Part shown: positions 35,301 to 48,074 of the stretch, one piece after another
Numbering within the stretch: the first letter of the stretch is position 1
Layout of the letters: each line of letters opens with the position of its first letter
Origin: Octopus sinensis
Lineage: Eukaryota
Length of the DNA stretch: 64,000 nucleotides
Direction: 5' to 3'
Assembly: GCF_006345805.1 (NCBI RefSeq)
Contig: NC_042999.1
Span: forward strand, 68,758,001 to 68,822,000
Made by a program: the position numbers and the translations under genes
The notes under the pieces: model-generated
The model's input: the letters and a program-made list of their open reading frames with translations, nothing else
The model's database searches: none
Told to the model about the DNA's origin: nothing

Positions 35301-35379
35301 GAATGTGTAGTGGCTAGCGATCCATCATGTCGAATACGCAAGCACACAGACACACACTTGATCTATCAACACCATCTCA

Positions 35380-36060
35380 ATTAACAGTATCAACACTACA
35401 GTAATCAACACAACCACAACCACCCTCATCGTCAGCTACGCCATCAGTACCAGCACTCCTGTCCTCCTGCTCCTATTCCTTTTTCTCCTCCTCATCTTCA
35501 TCACTATTATTATTATCATCATCGCCAGCATTCTCACCATTTCCATTACCACAGCCACTATCACTGCCACCACCGCCACTACCATCACCACACCCCTACT
35601 GCCGACCTCACCATCAATGTTGGGCCCACTACCACCACCACCACCGTCACCATCATGATCACCATCGCTACCACCCCTATCACCACCACCAACACTATCA
35701 CCACCATCACCACCACCACAGCTGTCATTATAACCATAGCCACCAGCATAGCAATAATACCAACGCTATAACCATTAGTAACCATCAACGCCACTCCCTT
35801 CGCCGTACCTCTCACGTTTTCATCGTCATCATCACCACCACCACCACCACTACCTCCTCCTTCTCCTTCTCCTCCTCCACCACCGACACATCCTCCCCTC
35901 CTCCACCACCACCACCACTACCACCATCTCCTCCACCACCACCATCTCCTCCTCCTCCACCACCACCATCACTACCACCATCTCCTCCTCCTCCTTCACC
36001 ACCACAACCACCACCATCTCCTCCTCCTCCTCCACCACCAACAACAACATCATTAACATG
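35380..36060. repeat. Mosaic (CAC/CAT/CTC/CAA)n trinucleotide tract
   Basis: Read directly. Confidence 0.85.
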
Positions 36061-36829
36061 AACAACGATATATTGCCTCTTCCCTCCACACTCACGTCAA
36101 TTGACAACATGAAATTGTAAGTCTCATCGAAATTGTGTTACGATTTTAAAATTGATCACCGCAAACAAGAACAACACAAGCGAACACATCCGAGACAGAA
36201 AGATACTTGAATGAAAATATCACAAGATACAATAAAATCGTAATATAAGACAATTTCTCAAACAGACATCTCATAGTCCAAAATCCACTTATTTAAAGGA
36301 ACACAAAAAGAAAATCATATATGAAGACATATTTGAAATGGAACCAAATACAAAAATATGGCATGGTTCTCTTCTCTCTACGACAAAAAGAAAAAAAAAA
36401 GGCTTAAACAAAATGGCGTCTGATGATTTTTGCAATTATCTTAAAATGATGTCATTTTTCTTTTTTTCCCCTATTTTGTTTCCGATTTCTCATTTTCTTC
36501 TGGTCGTTTCATTTTTTAGCATATTTAGAACCTGAACTGTCGAGAAATTTGATGTGAAATATAATTTGAAATTAAGTCGTTGGCGAGACGAATGTATATA
36601 AGGATGTTGTTTTTTTTTTATTATTTTACCTCCTCAATGTTATATCAGTTTACAAGTTCTTACAACTAACTTTTGAAAATCATAGACGCTGCTTCATCAG
36701 AATGGAAACTGTGGTATGACTCCCAACTGTTGCTACGTCTAGACTTTACCAAATTCGCTACCACCAACACCACTAAGTCCCTCTTAAATCTTATAGGCGA
36801 CGCTCACACTTCACTAAGCAATATATGTG

Positions 36830-37145
36830 AAAGCACGTGGCTTAGTGACTAGGATAGTCGGCTCGCGATCGCAAGGTCGTGCGTTCAATTCCTAATGATG
36901 TGTTATGTCCTTGAGTAAGACATTTTATTTTTCGTTGTTTTAGTCCACTCAGCTGGAAAAAGAGTTGTATCTGTGATTCAAAAGTATAGCATTGTCATAT
37001 TGTGTCACGTTGAATCGCCCTGACAATGATGGTAAGAGTACGCGTGTCTGTGGAGCACTCAACCACAAGCACGTTAATTTGACGAAAAAGGCTGTTCTTT
37101 TGATCAGATCAGTTTGAACCCTCGTCGTCGTGATCGACTGAGCTC
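36830..37145 (+). mobile_element. tRNA-derived SINE
   Basis: GCACGTGGCTTAGTG...GGCTCGCGATCGCAAGGTCGTGCGTTCAATTCC...TGTCCTTGAGTAAGACA...TAGTCCACTCAGCTG. Confidence 0.75.
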
Positions 37146-37160
37146 GAGGTCAAGTAGGAG

Positions 37161-37198
<38 letters not shown>

Positions 37199-37278
37199 TC
37201 ACGATAATAGTCTGACTTATCCCCTCTTGATCTGCGCGCCTGATTTTACAGATTTGAGCACGTCCATATTCTCGGAAA

Positions 37279-37347
<69 letters not shown>
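37279..37347. repeat. (TATC)n, about 17 units, left flank of the Tx1 LINE
   Basis: Perfect repeat ending ...CTATCTA directly before GCCACGAG. Confidence 0.98.
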
Positions 37348-40076
37348 GCCACGAGAGAGGCCCGGGTGGCAGAGGCGCAACAGGGCAACAAAGCCACCAT
37401 TCGGTCACTGGTAGATGAACAGGGGCGCGAATTGCTCGAGCCAAGTAAAATGTGTGAGGCCTTTCAGCAGCATTTTGCCCGACTGTTCGGGACGAGTGGA
37501 GGGCAAGAACGTAGGGTGGACTTCAGTGCCTACCTACATAGCCTGCACGACTCTCGACAAGAAAGGCAGGGTGCTGCGAAGGTGCCATCACGGCGGCGGA
37601 AGTGCAGGAAGCGATAGCAGAAAGCTCGAGGGACAAATCACCGGGTTTGGATGGTCTACCCTACGAGTTTTACAATTGTATGCCAGACTTGTTGGAGACG
37701 TCTTGGCAGCGGTATACTGCAACTGGCAGCAAAACGGGAGCATACCCGGTTTTGTGAGTCGAGGAGCTGTAACTCTGCTGAAGAAAGATCCAAACAAGGG
37801 AAACATTATAGATAACTTTAGACCAATCACGCTGCTCAATGCAGACCTGAAAATTTTGACAAAGGTGTTAGCCAAGAGGTTGGCGCTTGTCATCGAGAAA
37901 CTGGTCGACAACGCACAAACGTGCGGCGTGCCGGGCCGGAGCATCCATGACAACCTCCATCTGATGCGCTACATCATAGACAGGGTAGTTAACGAACCTG
38001 GCATGGGTGGGGCCCTGATCAACTTGGATCAATCGAAAGCCTTTGATAGGGTAGACCATCGATACTTGGAGGCAGTCCTGAGAGCGGCTGGTTTCGGTCC
38101 CGTCTTCCGCGGCTGGATAGCTGCCTTGTACAGAGGCATCCGTTCGGTAATTCGCGTAAATGGACATCTATCGAGACCTTTCGACATTGCACGTTCGGTC
38201 CGTCAGGGATGCCCCCTCTCGGCGCTTCTATACGTATTGACTCTTGAGCCACTACTGCGGAAGCTGGCGACTCTAAGGGGCATCCCGCGAGAATTGGGAT
38301 GCGGGACGAGCGTGTCTGCATACGCGGACGACGTCACCGTCATAGTGTCAAGCCACGAGCACATCGAGCGGGTCGGCGAGACACTGAAAGACTACGAAGC
38401 GGTGACAGGAGCAAAAATCAACCGGGAAAAGTCAGTGGGCTTGCGGCTCGGCACCTGGAGAAGCAAGCCCATGCCGTCCACCAGTACCTCCGTCGTGGGA
38501 CGCTGGACAGACGGCCCGGTTGAGTTGCTCGGGGTCTGGTTCGGTCCGGACCTCCAAATGGAGAAGAACTGGAACGAGATAACGAGTAGGGTGGTCACTC
38601 TCGCCCAGCAATGGGCCGAGAGGAAACTGTCCCTAAAAGGTCGGGCGGAGGTGGTGAACGCGTACATCGCGTCCATCATCTACTACCGCCTGACCGTCGT
38701 ACCTTGTCCCGACCCTACCATCACCAAACTAGAACGCATCCTCTTTCGCTTCTTGTGGAAAGGATGCGTCCCGATGGTCAGGCGATCCATTTGCTGTCAA
38801 CACCCGTTAAAAGGAGGGCTGGGCATGCCGTGGTTGATGATGCGCAGACACGCGCTGAGACTGCGACATCTCCGGCTCTATGTAGACGACGGTGAACAGG
38901 TGTGGTCGCCGTTTGTGAGGCACGCATTCCCGCAACTCGTCTCCATGACCGAACTACAGTCGTGGATCAAAAAGAGGCCGAGGAAGGGCGAATGGCACCG
39001 CGAGTGTCGCGTTGCTCTCAAGCAACTCTGCCGTCCCGGGTCGACCTTGAGTGACTTCAACACAACCAAAGCATTCTATAGGGGATTAGTGGAGGGGAGG
39101 TACGACGACGAGCTCGGGGCAAACCTGGGCGTCGACGAGGAATACCTGACCCGCCTGTTTCAAACGACTTTCGGCCGGGACCTATGGACAACTTCCAGAG
39201 ATCCCTGGCCTGGCGGTGCTACCGAGAAGCGCTACCCGTTCGGGATAAGCTCTATAGGCATGGCTCGAGAAACACGGGGCCGACCTGCCCGAGATGCGGG
39301 CAGAGCGACGAAACCGCTCTGCACGCAATCGTGCAGTGTCCAGCAATTTCCGACCTGTGGGCTTATGTCGAACGACTGCTGTCACGTGTGGGACGTGTCG
39401 GTTTATCAGCCGAGTCTATCGTTAATATCGTCACGCCTCCTTCTTTCAAACGGGAAGGAAGAGCTATTTTTATCATACTTGTGGCTATGGCGAAAGAATG
39501 TATCTGGTGGACGCGCCTGAAAGGATTAGAGACAAACACTTTCCTCTCTGGTCAATCTCTCATCAACTTCTTCAAGTATCACTTGAAGAGGAAAGTGAGA
39601 GTAGAGAGGCAAGTTTTGTCTAGTGAATGTTTTAAAAAAAGATGGGTGAATGTAGCAAGGATGGCACGTATGAATGACGAAGCCACCTTGACTATGATTC
39701 TATGAACCATAAAAATTAATACAGAGAGTTGCTTATTTGCAAAAAAAAAAAAAAAAAAGAAATATAACATGTGACTTCATTGACCGAGGTTACCGTGGTC
39801 TTTTCCGTAGGCTTTTCTTTCCACGGGTAAACCTCACCTGTCCTCCCCTTTACACTTCATATTGACATTTCTGTGATAACGATCCCTATTATTCATTTTT
39901 TTCTCTCCCCCCCTTTTTTTAAACCCCTCCCCTTTTTTTTGTCCTTTTTCTTTCCTTTTACGATCCCTTTTGATCGAAAACCACCACTCTCCTTTTTTTT
40001 TTTACCCCCAAAAGAAAAGCTCTACCTTGTAATTTGTTCTATCTGTGTGCAGCCCTGTGTGGCTAATAAAGAAACA
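37348..40076 (+). mobile_element. Tx1/L1-clade LINE, 5'-truncated upstream of RT, with 3' UTR and AATAAA
   Basis: ORF2 remnant from the EN-RT linker through RT to a C-terminal CCHC-type zinc motif, stop at 39705. The roughly 370-bp 3' UTR has an internal A18 (39741-39758), a pyrimidine-rich stretch and AATAAA at 40065-40070. Confidence 0.93.
37350..39705 (+). pseudogene. Tx1-type ORF2 (RT plus zinc-binding domain) split by three 1-bp deletions
   Basis: Linker KATIRSLVDEQG...FQQHFARLF; SPGLDGLPYEFY; NFRPITLLNADLKIL; DQSKAFDRVDH; VRQGCPLSALLY; AYADD; KINREKS; LGVWF; CPRCGQSDETALHAIVQCP. Frameshifts at about 37546, 37692 and 39173. Confidence 0.92.
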
Positions 40077-40224
<148 letters not shown>

Positions 40225-40427
40225 GTCAAATGAGTAGAGTGTTTAGCGTGCCGAGCAAAATGGCTTGCAGTACTTCTACCGCAAACATAGAATGTAGAAT
40301 CGGTAGAAATATCGGGTAATAAATGGCAGCGGAATGAGGATAGTGCTCCAGCATGGCTTCAGTTTTCAAACTGAAACAAGTGAAAGATAAAAAAAACAGA
40401 AGATATAATCTGTGTTAAATCACGTGC

Positions 40428-40545
40428 GTAGGTTTTCCAGCACGCGTGGGCCTGAAACCCACATCTCTTTGTTTTCACAAGTGTGCTAACCATTTACACC
40501 AACGTACAACCTCATTTCTCGTCAGATTTAAGAACTATGATTATA
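40428..40545 (-). other. tRNA-like sequence (pseudogene or short SINE), copy 1
   Basis: Minus strand: GGTTGTACGTTGGTGTAAATGGTTAGCACACTTG...GTGGGTTTCAGGCCCACGCGTGC, with A-box-like and B-box-like motifs. Clearly similar to 42991-43110. Confidence 0.45.
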
Positions 40546-40964
40546 TACATACATACATACATACATACATACATACATACATACATACATACATACATAC
40601 ATACAAGATTAATCAGCCGAAATTGTGAGGATGATCCGGTTCTTGACTGGGGATTGGAGGCTTCGAGTGACCCGTCCCTGTTTTTTGTGTCGTCTGTTTG
40701 GATGTTTTGCGTTCTTATCCCATTTTGTATTTTTTATGCATACATACATACATGCAGACATACATACATACTTGCATACATACATGCAGACATAAGGCAG
40801 ACAGACACATATACATACACACACGCACAAAATCATATGCACATATACATAACATTAAATTTGAGTCGAGAGTAAAGAATTAGTTTGAACAGTTTCTGAG
40901 TTCTGTCTTCGTATGTCTGTGTATATAATTATTGCGCTCAAATTTCTTCTTTTTGTCTGTGTAT

Positions 40965-41195
40965 ATGATTATTGGTCTCAAATTTTAGCACAAGGCCAGC
41001 AATTTGGGGGAAAGAGGTGAAGTCGATTACATCGACCTCCCACCCCGGACCCATCAGGTACTTATTTTATCGACCCCGAAAGGATTACAGGCAAAGTCAA
41101 TCTCGGCGGAATTTGAACACAGCACGTAACGTCGGACGAAATGCCACCAAGCATTTTAACCGGCGTGCTAAACTATTCTGCCAGCTCGCTGCTTT
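40965..41195 (-). mobile_element. Family-B SINE (tail-iii)
   Basis: CTCAAATTTTAGCACAAGGCCAGCAATTT...ATCGACCCCGAAAGGATT.CAGGCAAAGTC...CGGCGGAATTTGAAC...TTCTGCCAGCTCGC. Confidence 0.8.
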
Positions 41196-41240
41196 ATGGA
41201 TGCTCGTATGTCGACACACATATACACGGATACACACACA

Positions 41241-41316
<76 letters not shown>

Positions 41317-42000
41317 ACACACACACACACACACACTTTACACACATGCGTACTCCTAGATGTCCAGCTATCTATACCTCCTTTTTCATTAACCTTTCAG
41401 GGTTTCTCTCAAACTCAAAACCACTCATTAGGTCCGCTGCCTCCTCCTTCCACTCCCGATCTATAACCCTACATCACTCTTTCCTCTTACGCCCTCTCTT
41501 TCTCTCGTTTCCTCTTCCTCTCTGCATGTTTTGTCATATTGTAAGCGCCGCGATTGCAACTCTTTACAATATTTTGCTCTTACATATCAATGAAAGATAG
41601 CAATTTGATAGGGATCTCTGACACAGCCATTAAGCTACGACTGACAGCGACCTTGCCAATCACCAATCGCCAATCACTCACCCTCATTCCGCTTCTATCC
41701 CCTACCCGTTTAGTTTTCCTGCTTTCCGCTATTTCCCGTCTTGGAAGAAACGATTTTTTTTTCGCCTTATTTTTGTTTTTATTTGTTGTTGTAGTTTATT
41801 TTAATTTTATTTTTCCATCTCACAGCCGGAAAAAGAACTCTTCTGTCTCTTATTTGTGTATTTGTCACAATTATGTCTGCCCTTCCGCGTATCTTAATTT
41901 GACTAAATTATCTTGATAAACAAAAACCGATTGAAAGGCCGTGTAAGCGACGATAGACAGGGAATGCAAGAGGGACAGAGGGGAAAGAAAAGAGCTAAGA

Positions 42001-42077
<77 letters not shown>

Positions 42078-42460
42078 AATAGAAACAGCATTTACAAAGG
42101 GGAATATAAAACGCAGAAGAAGCGTGTGGAAAAGTGTATCAAAGATTACAAAGGAAGAAATGTGTTTAAAAAAGTGAACGAGAGATTGAAAGACAGAGCG
42201 AGAGAGGGAGAGAGAGCCTGGGAGGTTGGGAGTGCTTGAAAGGGATTTATTGCACTTTTATAGCTTACGGACTGAGAAGGTGTTACTTGAAATTTTTCAC
42301 TTTTGTTTAGTTTAGGTCAAGCATCGATATTTTGTTGTATGCATACCTGAATGTATTGTTATTCGAATATGTGTATATATTACTAGATGTGTGTTCATGT
42401 ATGTATGTTTCCTGTCAAATAGCTTTATGTGACGACGTGCTTCGAGATCCACTATTCCAA

Positions 42461-42492
<32 letters not shown>

Positions 42493-42514
42493 ATATATAT
42501 ATATATATATATAA

Positions 42515-42855
42515 AAGGGGTAAAGACCCCCTTCGGTCATGAATGACCATAGGATTGCACCTAGAAAGTTACCCTCCTAGACACAAGTCCGGGCAAGGTT
42601 GTTTATGGAAGACCAGCAGTCGCCCATGCATACCAGCCTCCCCTCTCCACGCCACCAGTGTTATCCAAGGGAAAGACAAAGGTCGATACAGCTTGGCACC
42701 AATGACGTCGCAACTCATACTACAGCTGAGTGAACTGGAGCAACGTGAAATAAAGTGCCTTGCTCAAGAACACAACACGCAGCCCGGTCCGGGATTCGAG
42801 CTCACAACCTCACGGTCGTAAGCTCGACGCTCTAACCACTGAGCCATGCGCCTAC
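42515..42855 (-). mobile_element. tRNA-derived SINE, family D, full length and little decayed
   Basis: Minus-strand head GGCGCATGGCTCAGTGGTTAGAGCGTCGAGCTTACGACCGTGAGGTTGTGAGCTCGAATCCCGGACC; central TGTGTTCTTGAGCAAGGCACTTTATTTCACGTTGCTCCAGTTCACTCAGCTG; 3' end CATTCATGACCGAAGGGGGTCTTTACCCC. Confidence 0.9.
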
Positions 42856-42990
42856 ATGCGATGGATTCCGATAAGCAGCGTCGATTTTACAATTCTGTAA
42901 ATAATAATAAAAATATTTTATAAGCTTATGGTTTATAAGCGATCGCTATGGTAAATAGTCTAATAATGGAGCATTTCCACGGGAAAATGC

Positions 42991-43110
42991 TAGATTTTCC
43001 AGTACGCGTGAGCCTCAAACCCACTTCTCTTTGTTTTCGCGACAAGTGTGCTAATCATTTACACCACCGTACAACCTCGCTTCTTCCCGTCAGATATAAG
43101 AACTATGGTT
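42991..43110 (-). other. tRNA-like sequence, copy 2
   Basis: Minus strand: GGTTGTACGGTGGTGTAAATGATTAGCACACTTGTCGCGAAAACAAAGAGAAGTGGGTTTGAGGCTCACGCGTAC, with GTACG/CGTAC acceptor-like pairing. Confidence 0.45.
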
Positions 43111-43403
43111 ATATACATACATACATACATACATACATACATACATACGTGCATACATACATACATACATACATACATACGTGCGTGCATACATACATAC
43201 ATACATACATACATACATACATGCATACATACATACATACATACATATATGAATTGTGATACTATTAACCTGGTAGATAACTAAGATACGTAGGCTTCTA
43301 AACGAAGCGTTAGTCGAGAACAAGTCGAGTACAAAACGGCAAAAAGAAAAGAGGTAACAAAGGATAAGATATCGTGATAAAGTGAACGCTGGATTTAGTA
43401 ACT

Positions 43404-44040
43404 ACTAGCAGTATCGCCCGGCGTTGCTCGGGTTTGTAAGGGAAATAACTATATAAGCATTTTTAGAGAGTTATAGCCAAAAAATAGCAAAAAATGCATT
43501 AAAAATGGAAAAAATATGATGGTATATTTTTTGAAAAATCGTTGACTCATCGTAGACATTTTTAGAGAGTTACTTCACATATATAATAGCGAAAAAATGC
43601 ATTAAAATGGAAAAAAAACGATGGTAATTTTTTTTTTAAATCGTAGACTCATGTAGACGCTTTCTTAGCCGTTTCTGTTTTGGTGTCTTCAAGCCATGAA
43701 GTCAATGTTCTAAAAGAACGCTGGTCTCCTTGACAACGAATTACGACGTTGATTTCCTTACACTCCCTTCCCCACAGGTGCAGGTGTGAGCGTGGACGCC
43801 AACTCCGCCGCCATCGACACACGAAAAATTATGCATTAAAATGGAATAAAAAATTATGTTAAATTATTTTAAAATCGTAGACTCATCGTAGACGCGCGCT
43901 AATACTCAGACGGGCTCGATATGAATCACGACTATAAGCTACCCGAATTTGGTTAAACTGCACGCAAAATGTGGGAGTAGTTAGGAATCTAAATCGAAAG
44001 GGACAGACACTCACACAACTACAGTTTTATATATATAGAT
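43404..44040 (+). mobile_element. Non-autonomous Helitron-like element (HINE/Lep1-like) with internal tandem subrepeats
   Basis: 5' end ACTAGCAGTATCGCCCGGCGTTGCTCGGG (GC hairpin); three copies of ATGCATTAAAATGGAA...AAATCGT.GACTCAT(C)GTAGAC; 3' end GACAGACACTCAC...TTTTATATATATAGAT. Confidence 0.7.
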
Positions 44041-44054
44041 ATACATAGCGCAGT

Positions 44055-44490
44055 AGTGGTGAGATGTGACAGCAAAGAAAAGCATACATTCACTCTCTGC
44101 ATGCAATTAGACTCGGAAAGTTCGTGAGGAAACCATTGACCAATTTGCTGACTTTTCCGATTGCACACAGGTCTCAATGAATGGTTGAATGACCAAATCC
44201 AAGCTTCTCTGCTAGTCCTCAACAGTTACGATGAGATTTTGTTCCACCAGGGTTTTCAGGATGTCCTGTCGAGTTCTACAGATCTTTCAGGATGAGGCTC
44301 GTCTTCTAGGCTGTTCCAATATAGCTTTGAAAAAATAGCTGTTAAAATCGAAATGCACTCTTCAAAACTTGCACTATGAATAGGGACAAGATAAAATTAC
44401 TACCTGCTTTTATAGCAAGTTAAAATGAGTAGTTTATCCCATTCCCCTCTGACTTTTAGTTCAAGCTGTTGAAAAAAAACGCCATTATTA
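44055..44490 (-). mobile_element. Mariner 5' fragment (leader plus HTH-WVPHEL region)
   Basis: Minus strand: ...LEDEPHPERSVELD...HSTIH.DLCAIGKVSKLVNG/QWFPHELSESNCMQRVNVCFSLL. The leader resembles 46080-46180. Confidence 0.75.
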
Positions 44491-44975
44491 TATATATAAA
44501 TACATACATACATACATACATACATACATACATACATACATACATACATACATACATACATACATTTACACACACACTCTCTCTCTCACACACATGCACA
44601 CATTTTATTCTGTTATTCTTTTATATGTTTCAGCCTTGAGGTTGTGGCCATGCTGGATCATGTGTGTGTGTGTGTGTGTGTCTATCTGTCTGTCTGTCTG
44701 TATGTATATATGTATATGTATGTGTGTGAACAATATATTTTCAACAGATGTGTTGCAAATGTATCTGATTGTTCTCAAGCTTCAATACTGTGTGTGGTGT
44801 GTATGTGTGTTGTGTGTGTGTATGTATGTATGTATATGTATGTGTATATGTATGTAGTATGTATGTGTGTATGTATGTGTGTGTGTATGTATGTATGTGT
44901 GTGTGTGTGTTGTATGTAGTATGTATGTATGTATGTATGTATGTATGATGTATGTATGAGTGTAGGTATGTTTAC

Positions 44976-45410
44976 TTTATTACTAACACAAGCCACTACG
45001 GTATTTAATGTAAGTCTTCCTCAAATCACTATCTCTGGCTATTTACTCTCTTCCAAGAACATTTTCACTCACACTTATGTGTAGCTCCCATACATTTTAC
45101 TCATGTATCTATCAGCGTGATAAAGAGAAACAAATATTACATCTAGTTTCACTTTATTCGTTGCCCACTGTGTGTGTGCGTTTGCGTGTGGTGTAAACCA
45201 GACTAAGAAAAGCATTGACACACCACCGAATGTGAGTTTTCTGTAAATTTTGCTTATTGGAGTTTAAATTTTAAAAACTGGACCTGGCATGACGCGATGC
45301 ATTGTACTCTTAAAAATGCTAGGTAAATTGTAATTGAAGAAATCCTATATTGTAGATTTGTATAACTCCCAAAGGGAGGCAGATAAAATCTGCCTTTTAT
45401 AATAAGAGAT
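44976..45410 (+). mobile_element. Possible third Helitron-like element; the 3' end is clear, the 5' end is uncertain
   Basis: Two adjacent hairpins, CTCCC-AAA-GGGAG (45366-45378) and GGCAGAT-AAA-ATCTGCC (45378-45394), followed by TTTTATAATAAGAGAT. Confidence 0.45.
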
Positions 45411-45980
45411 TTGTGTTTCGTTTCAGCTATGCTTTGCTTTTAAGATATCTATGCGGTCTCTTCTACACAAAGACTGATCAATTGCTACCAGTGGTTTCAT
45501 ATATTTAAACTATGATATACACGTTGATACGAAACTATTGGCCACTAAGACGAAAGATATGTTACAATTAGACAAATGCTAATTTGTATTGAAGTATATT
45601 GAGAATACTAATTTAATCATGTCGCCAAACAACTTTAACATTCTCATACGTTTCAATTTCGATAGCACTTAAGTGTAATGAAAACCGACGTGAATTGCCA
45701 AAACTTATGTCGACACTAAACCACGTGAACTCAAGATAGCTTTATACACACCACATCAATAGTTTCTTAGAATCAGTGTAGTTTTGGATCGTTTATAATC
45801 CAAAGACTAAATTCCATATGCGTACATATATACCCACATACATACAAACACATACATACACATATATATACATATACATATATATACATATACATATACA
45901 TATACATATATATACATATATATACATATATATATACATACCTATATATAACATATACAGACATATATATATATATATAT

Positions 45981-46013
<33 letters not shown>

Positions 46014-46043
46014 AAAGTGTGTGTGTGTGTGTGTGTGTGTGTG

Positions 46044-46866
46044 TTGGGTCATCCCTTAAATGAGCAGTTTTTGCAATTGCATGAAGTAAAAGACGGAGGA
46101 GCACAGGATAAACTATCTGCATTATCTTGCTATAAAAGCAGCTGGTAATTTCCCCTTGATTTTATTCTTAGTGCCAGTTTTGAAGAGTGCGGTTCGATTT
46201 TGACAGTTATTTTTTCAAAGCTATAATGGAAGTAACAAAGGAGCATATTCGGTACATTTTGCTTTATGAGTTCAACAGAGGCAACAACGCAACGGTAAGT
46301 GCGAGGAATATTAATGCTGTATATGGAGATCGGACAATAAGCGTAAGCCATTGTCAATGGTGGTTCCAGAATTTTTAAGCCCAAACCAAACAATAACAAA
46401 GGAGATCTATTGCGAACAGCTTGAACATATTAAGTCAGCGCTAGAAGAAAAACGATCATCTTTGGTTTCAAGGCGAAAGGTGTTCTTCCATCAGGATAAT
46501 GCTCGGCCATATACAGCGAGGATGACATTCAAAAGTTGACTGGAGCAGTTTGAATGGGAAACGATGCCCCACCCATCATATTCGCCGAACATTGCCCCAT
46601 CCGATTATCATTTATTCCGCAGTTTTCAAAATCATTTGAACGTAAAAATATGAATTCTGTAGAAGAGGTCAGAACAGTACTGAAGGCGCATTTTTCATCA
46701 CGGACAAGAGAAATTTGGAAGAGGGGCCTTGCAAGTCTACCAGATTAATGGAAGTATATTGTAGAAAATCAAGAAGAGTGTATTTCAGATTAAAAAAGAA
46801 CTGTTTATCTTGATTTTCAAAAGTAAAAGAAGTATAAAAAACTGCATTTATTATGGGATGACCCAA
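46044..46866 (+). mobile_element. Internally deleted mariner element with both TIRs
   Basis: Left TIR TTGGGTCATCCC...GCAGTTTTT; right TIR AAAAACTGCATTTATTATGGGATGACCCAA followed by TA. Coding: MEVTKEHIRYILLYEFNRGNNA...WWFQNF fused to PNQTITKEIYCEQLE...FFHQDNARPYTA, then YSPNIAPSD and W.RGLASLP. Confidence 0.9.
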
Positions 46867-46955
46867 TATATATATATATATATATATTGATAAAAATGGT
46901 AAGACAACAAAAGAAAGAAAGAGACGACCTCGATATTATGTAAATAGGGGAATTT

Positions 46956-47094
46956 ATCTGTAAATGTATTATGTGACAATTATTCGATGGCCGGATAACT
47001 GAAGAGATGGCGGCGTGGATTTCCACCTCGGCATCCGAAACTCGGAGTTTTATCATGGCTACTGAATAATTGTCACATAATTGTCACATTTACA

Positions 47095-47098
<4 letters not shown>
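46956..47098. mobile_element. Small MITE with TIRs of about 30 bp
   Basis: TCTGTAAATGT-ATTATGTGACAATTATTC matches the reverse complement of GAATAATTGTCACATAATTGTCACATTTACAGA; TA-rich flanks. Confidence 0.7.
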
Positions 47099-47173
<75 letters not shown>

Positions 47174-47380
47174 AGGTATAAGTTAGAGGTGTTTAAATCC
47201 TCTAAGGATAGATGTATCCGGAGGCACTCCTAGTAATTAAGTCAGTATGTATGGTCCTTGATATAAGGTATACGGCAGCAGGTAATTTAAAGGTAAATCG
47301 TAGTTTAATGTATATAGAGACGATAAGAAAATGGAGGAAAAAATAACAATTAGAAGTGGCTCTTTGGTGCTAAAAAGCCA

Positions 47381-47443
<63 letters not shown>

Positions 47444-47502
47444 TGTGTGTGTGTGTGTATACGTATCTATGTATGCGTGTATAAATAGCCTGCTAGCTAG
47501 CC

Positions 47503-47571
<69 letters not shown>

Positions 47572-47572
47572 C

Positions 47573-47675
<103 letters not shown>

Positions 47676-48038
47676 GACGTAGATGCAAAATGCATAGTTT
47701 CATTGAAATATCGAGTGATAAAGATGCGGATGCGATCGGCGAAGAGAACCATACAAATGGCTTGACAGACAAAGGAGCAGAGATAAATAGATGGCGCTAT
47801 GTGTGTACGTGATCATTGGTTTACTAATCGGGTCAAACTGGCAGTGTTCGGTGTTGTCACAGTTGAGAGGTTAGCAAATGATGAGAATGGAGGCTTTAAA
47901 AACTAACGAAATAGCCGAACGACGACTCGTTATTAGGGTGGTGCTGGCTAAAAGATGATACACAAGTCGTTTAGCGATAAACACCTAAATGTGAAATGGG
48001 GCTTGTAAGAAATTGTAGATTAAGATGGCGTCAGTGGC

Positions 48039-48039
<1 letters not shown>

Positions 48040-48074
<35 letters not shown>

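Noticed and set aside
39741-39758. A18 as the true 3' poly(A) end of the Tx1 LINE
   Set aside because: No AATAAA or TSD is evident there. Unique UTR-like sequence continues to AATAAA at 40065 and the TATC junction. I treated the A18 as internal, although a 3' transduction cannot be excluded.
41656-41676. Triple CCAAT box
   Set aside because: The 7-bp spacing is a micro-tandem (CCAATCR)3, too close for simultaneous NF-Y binding, and there is no other promoter evidence.
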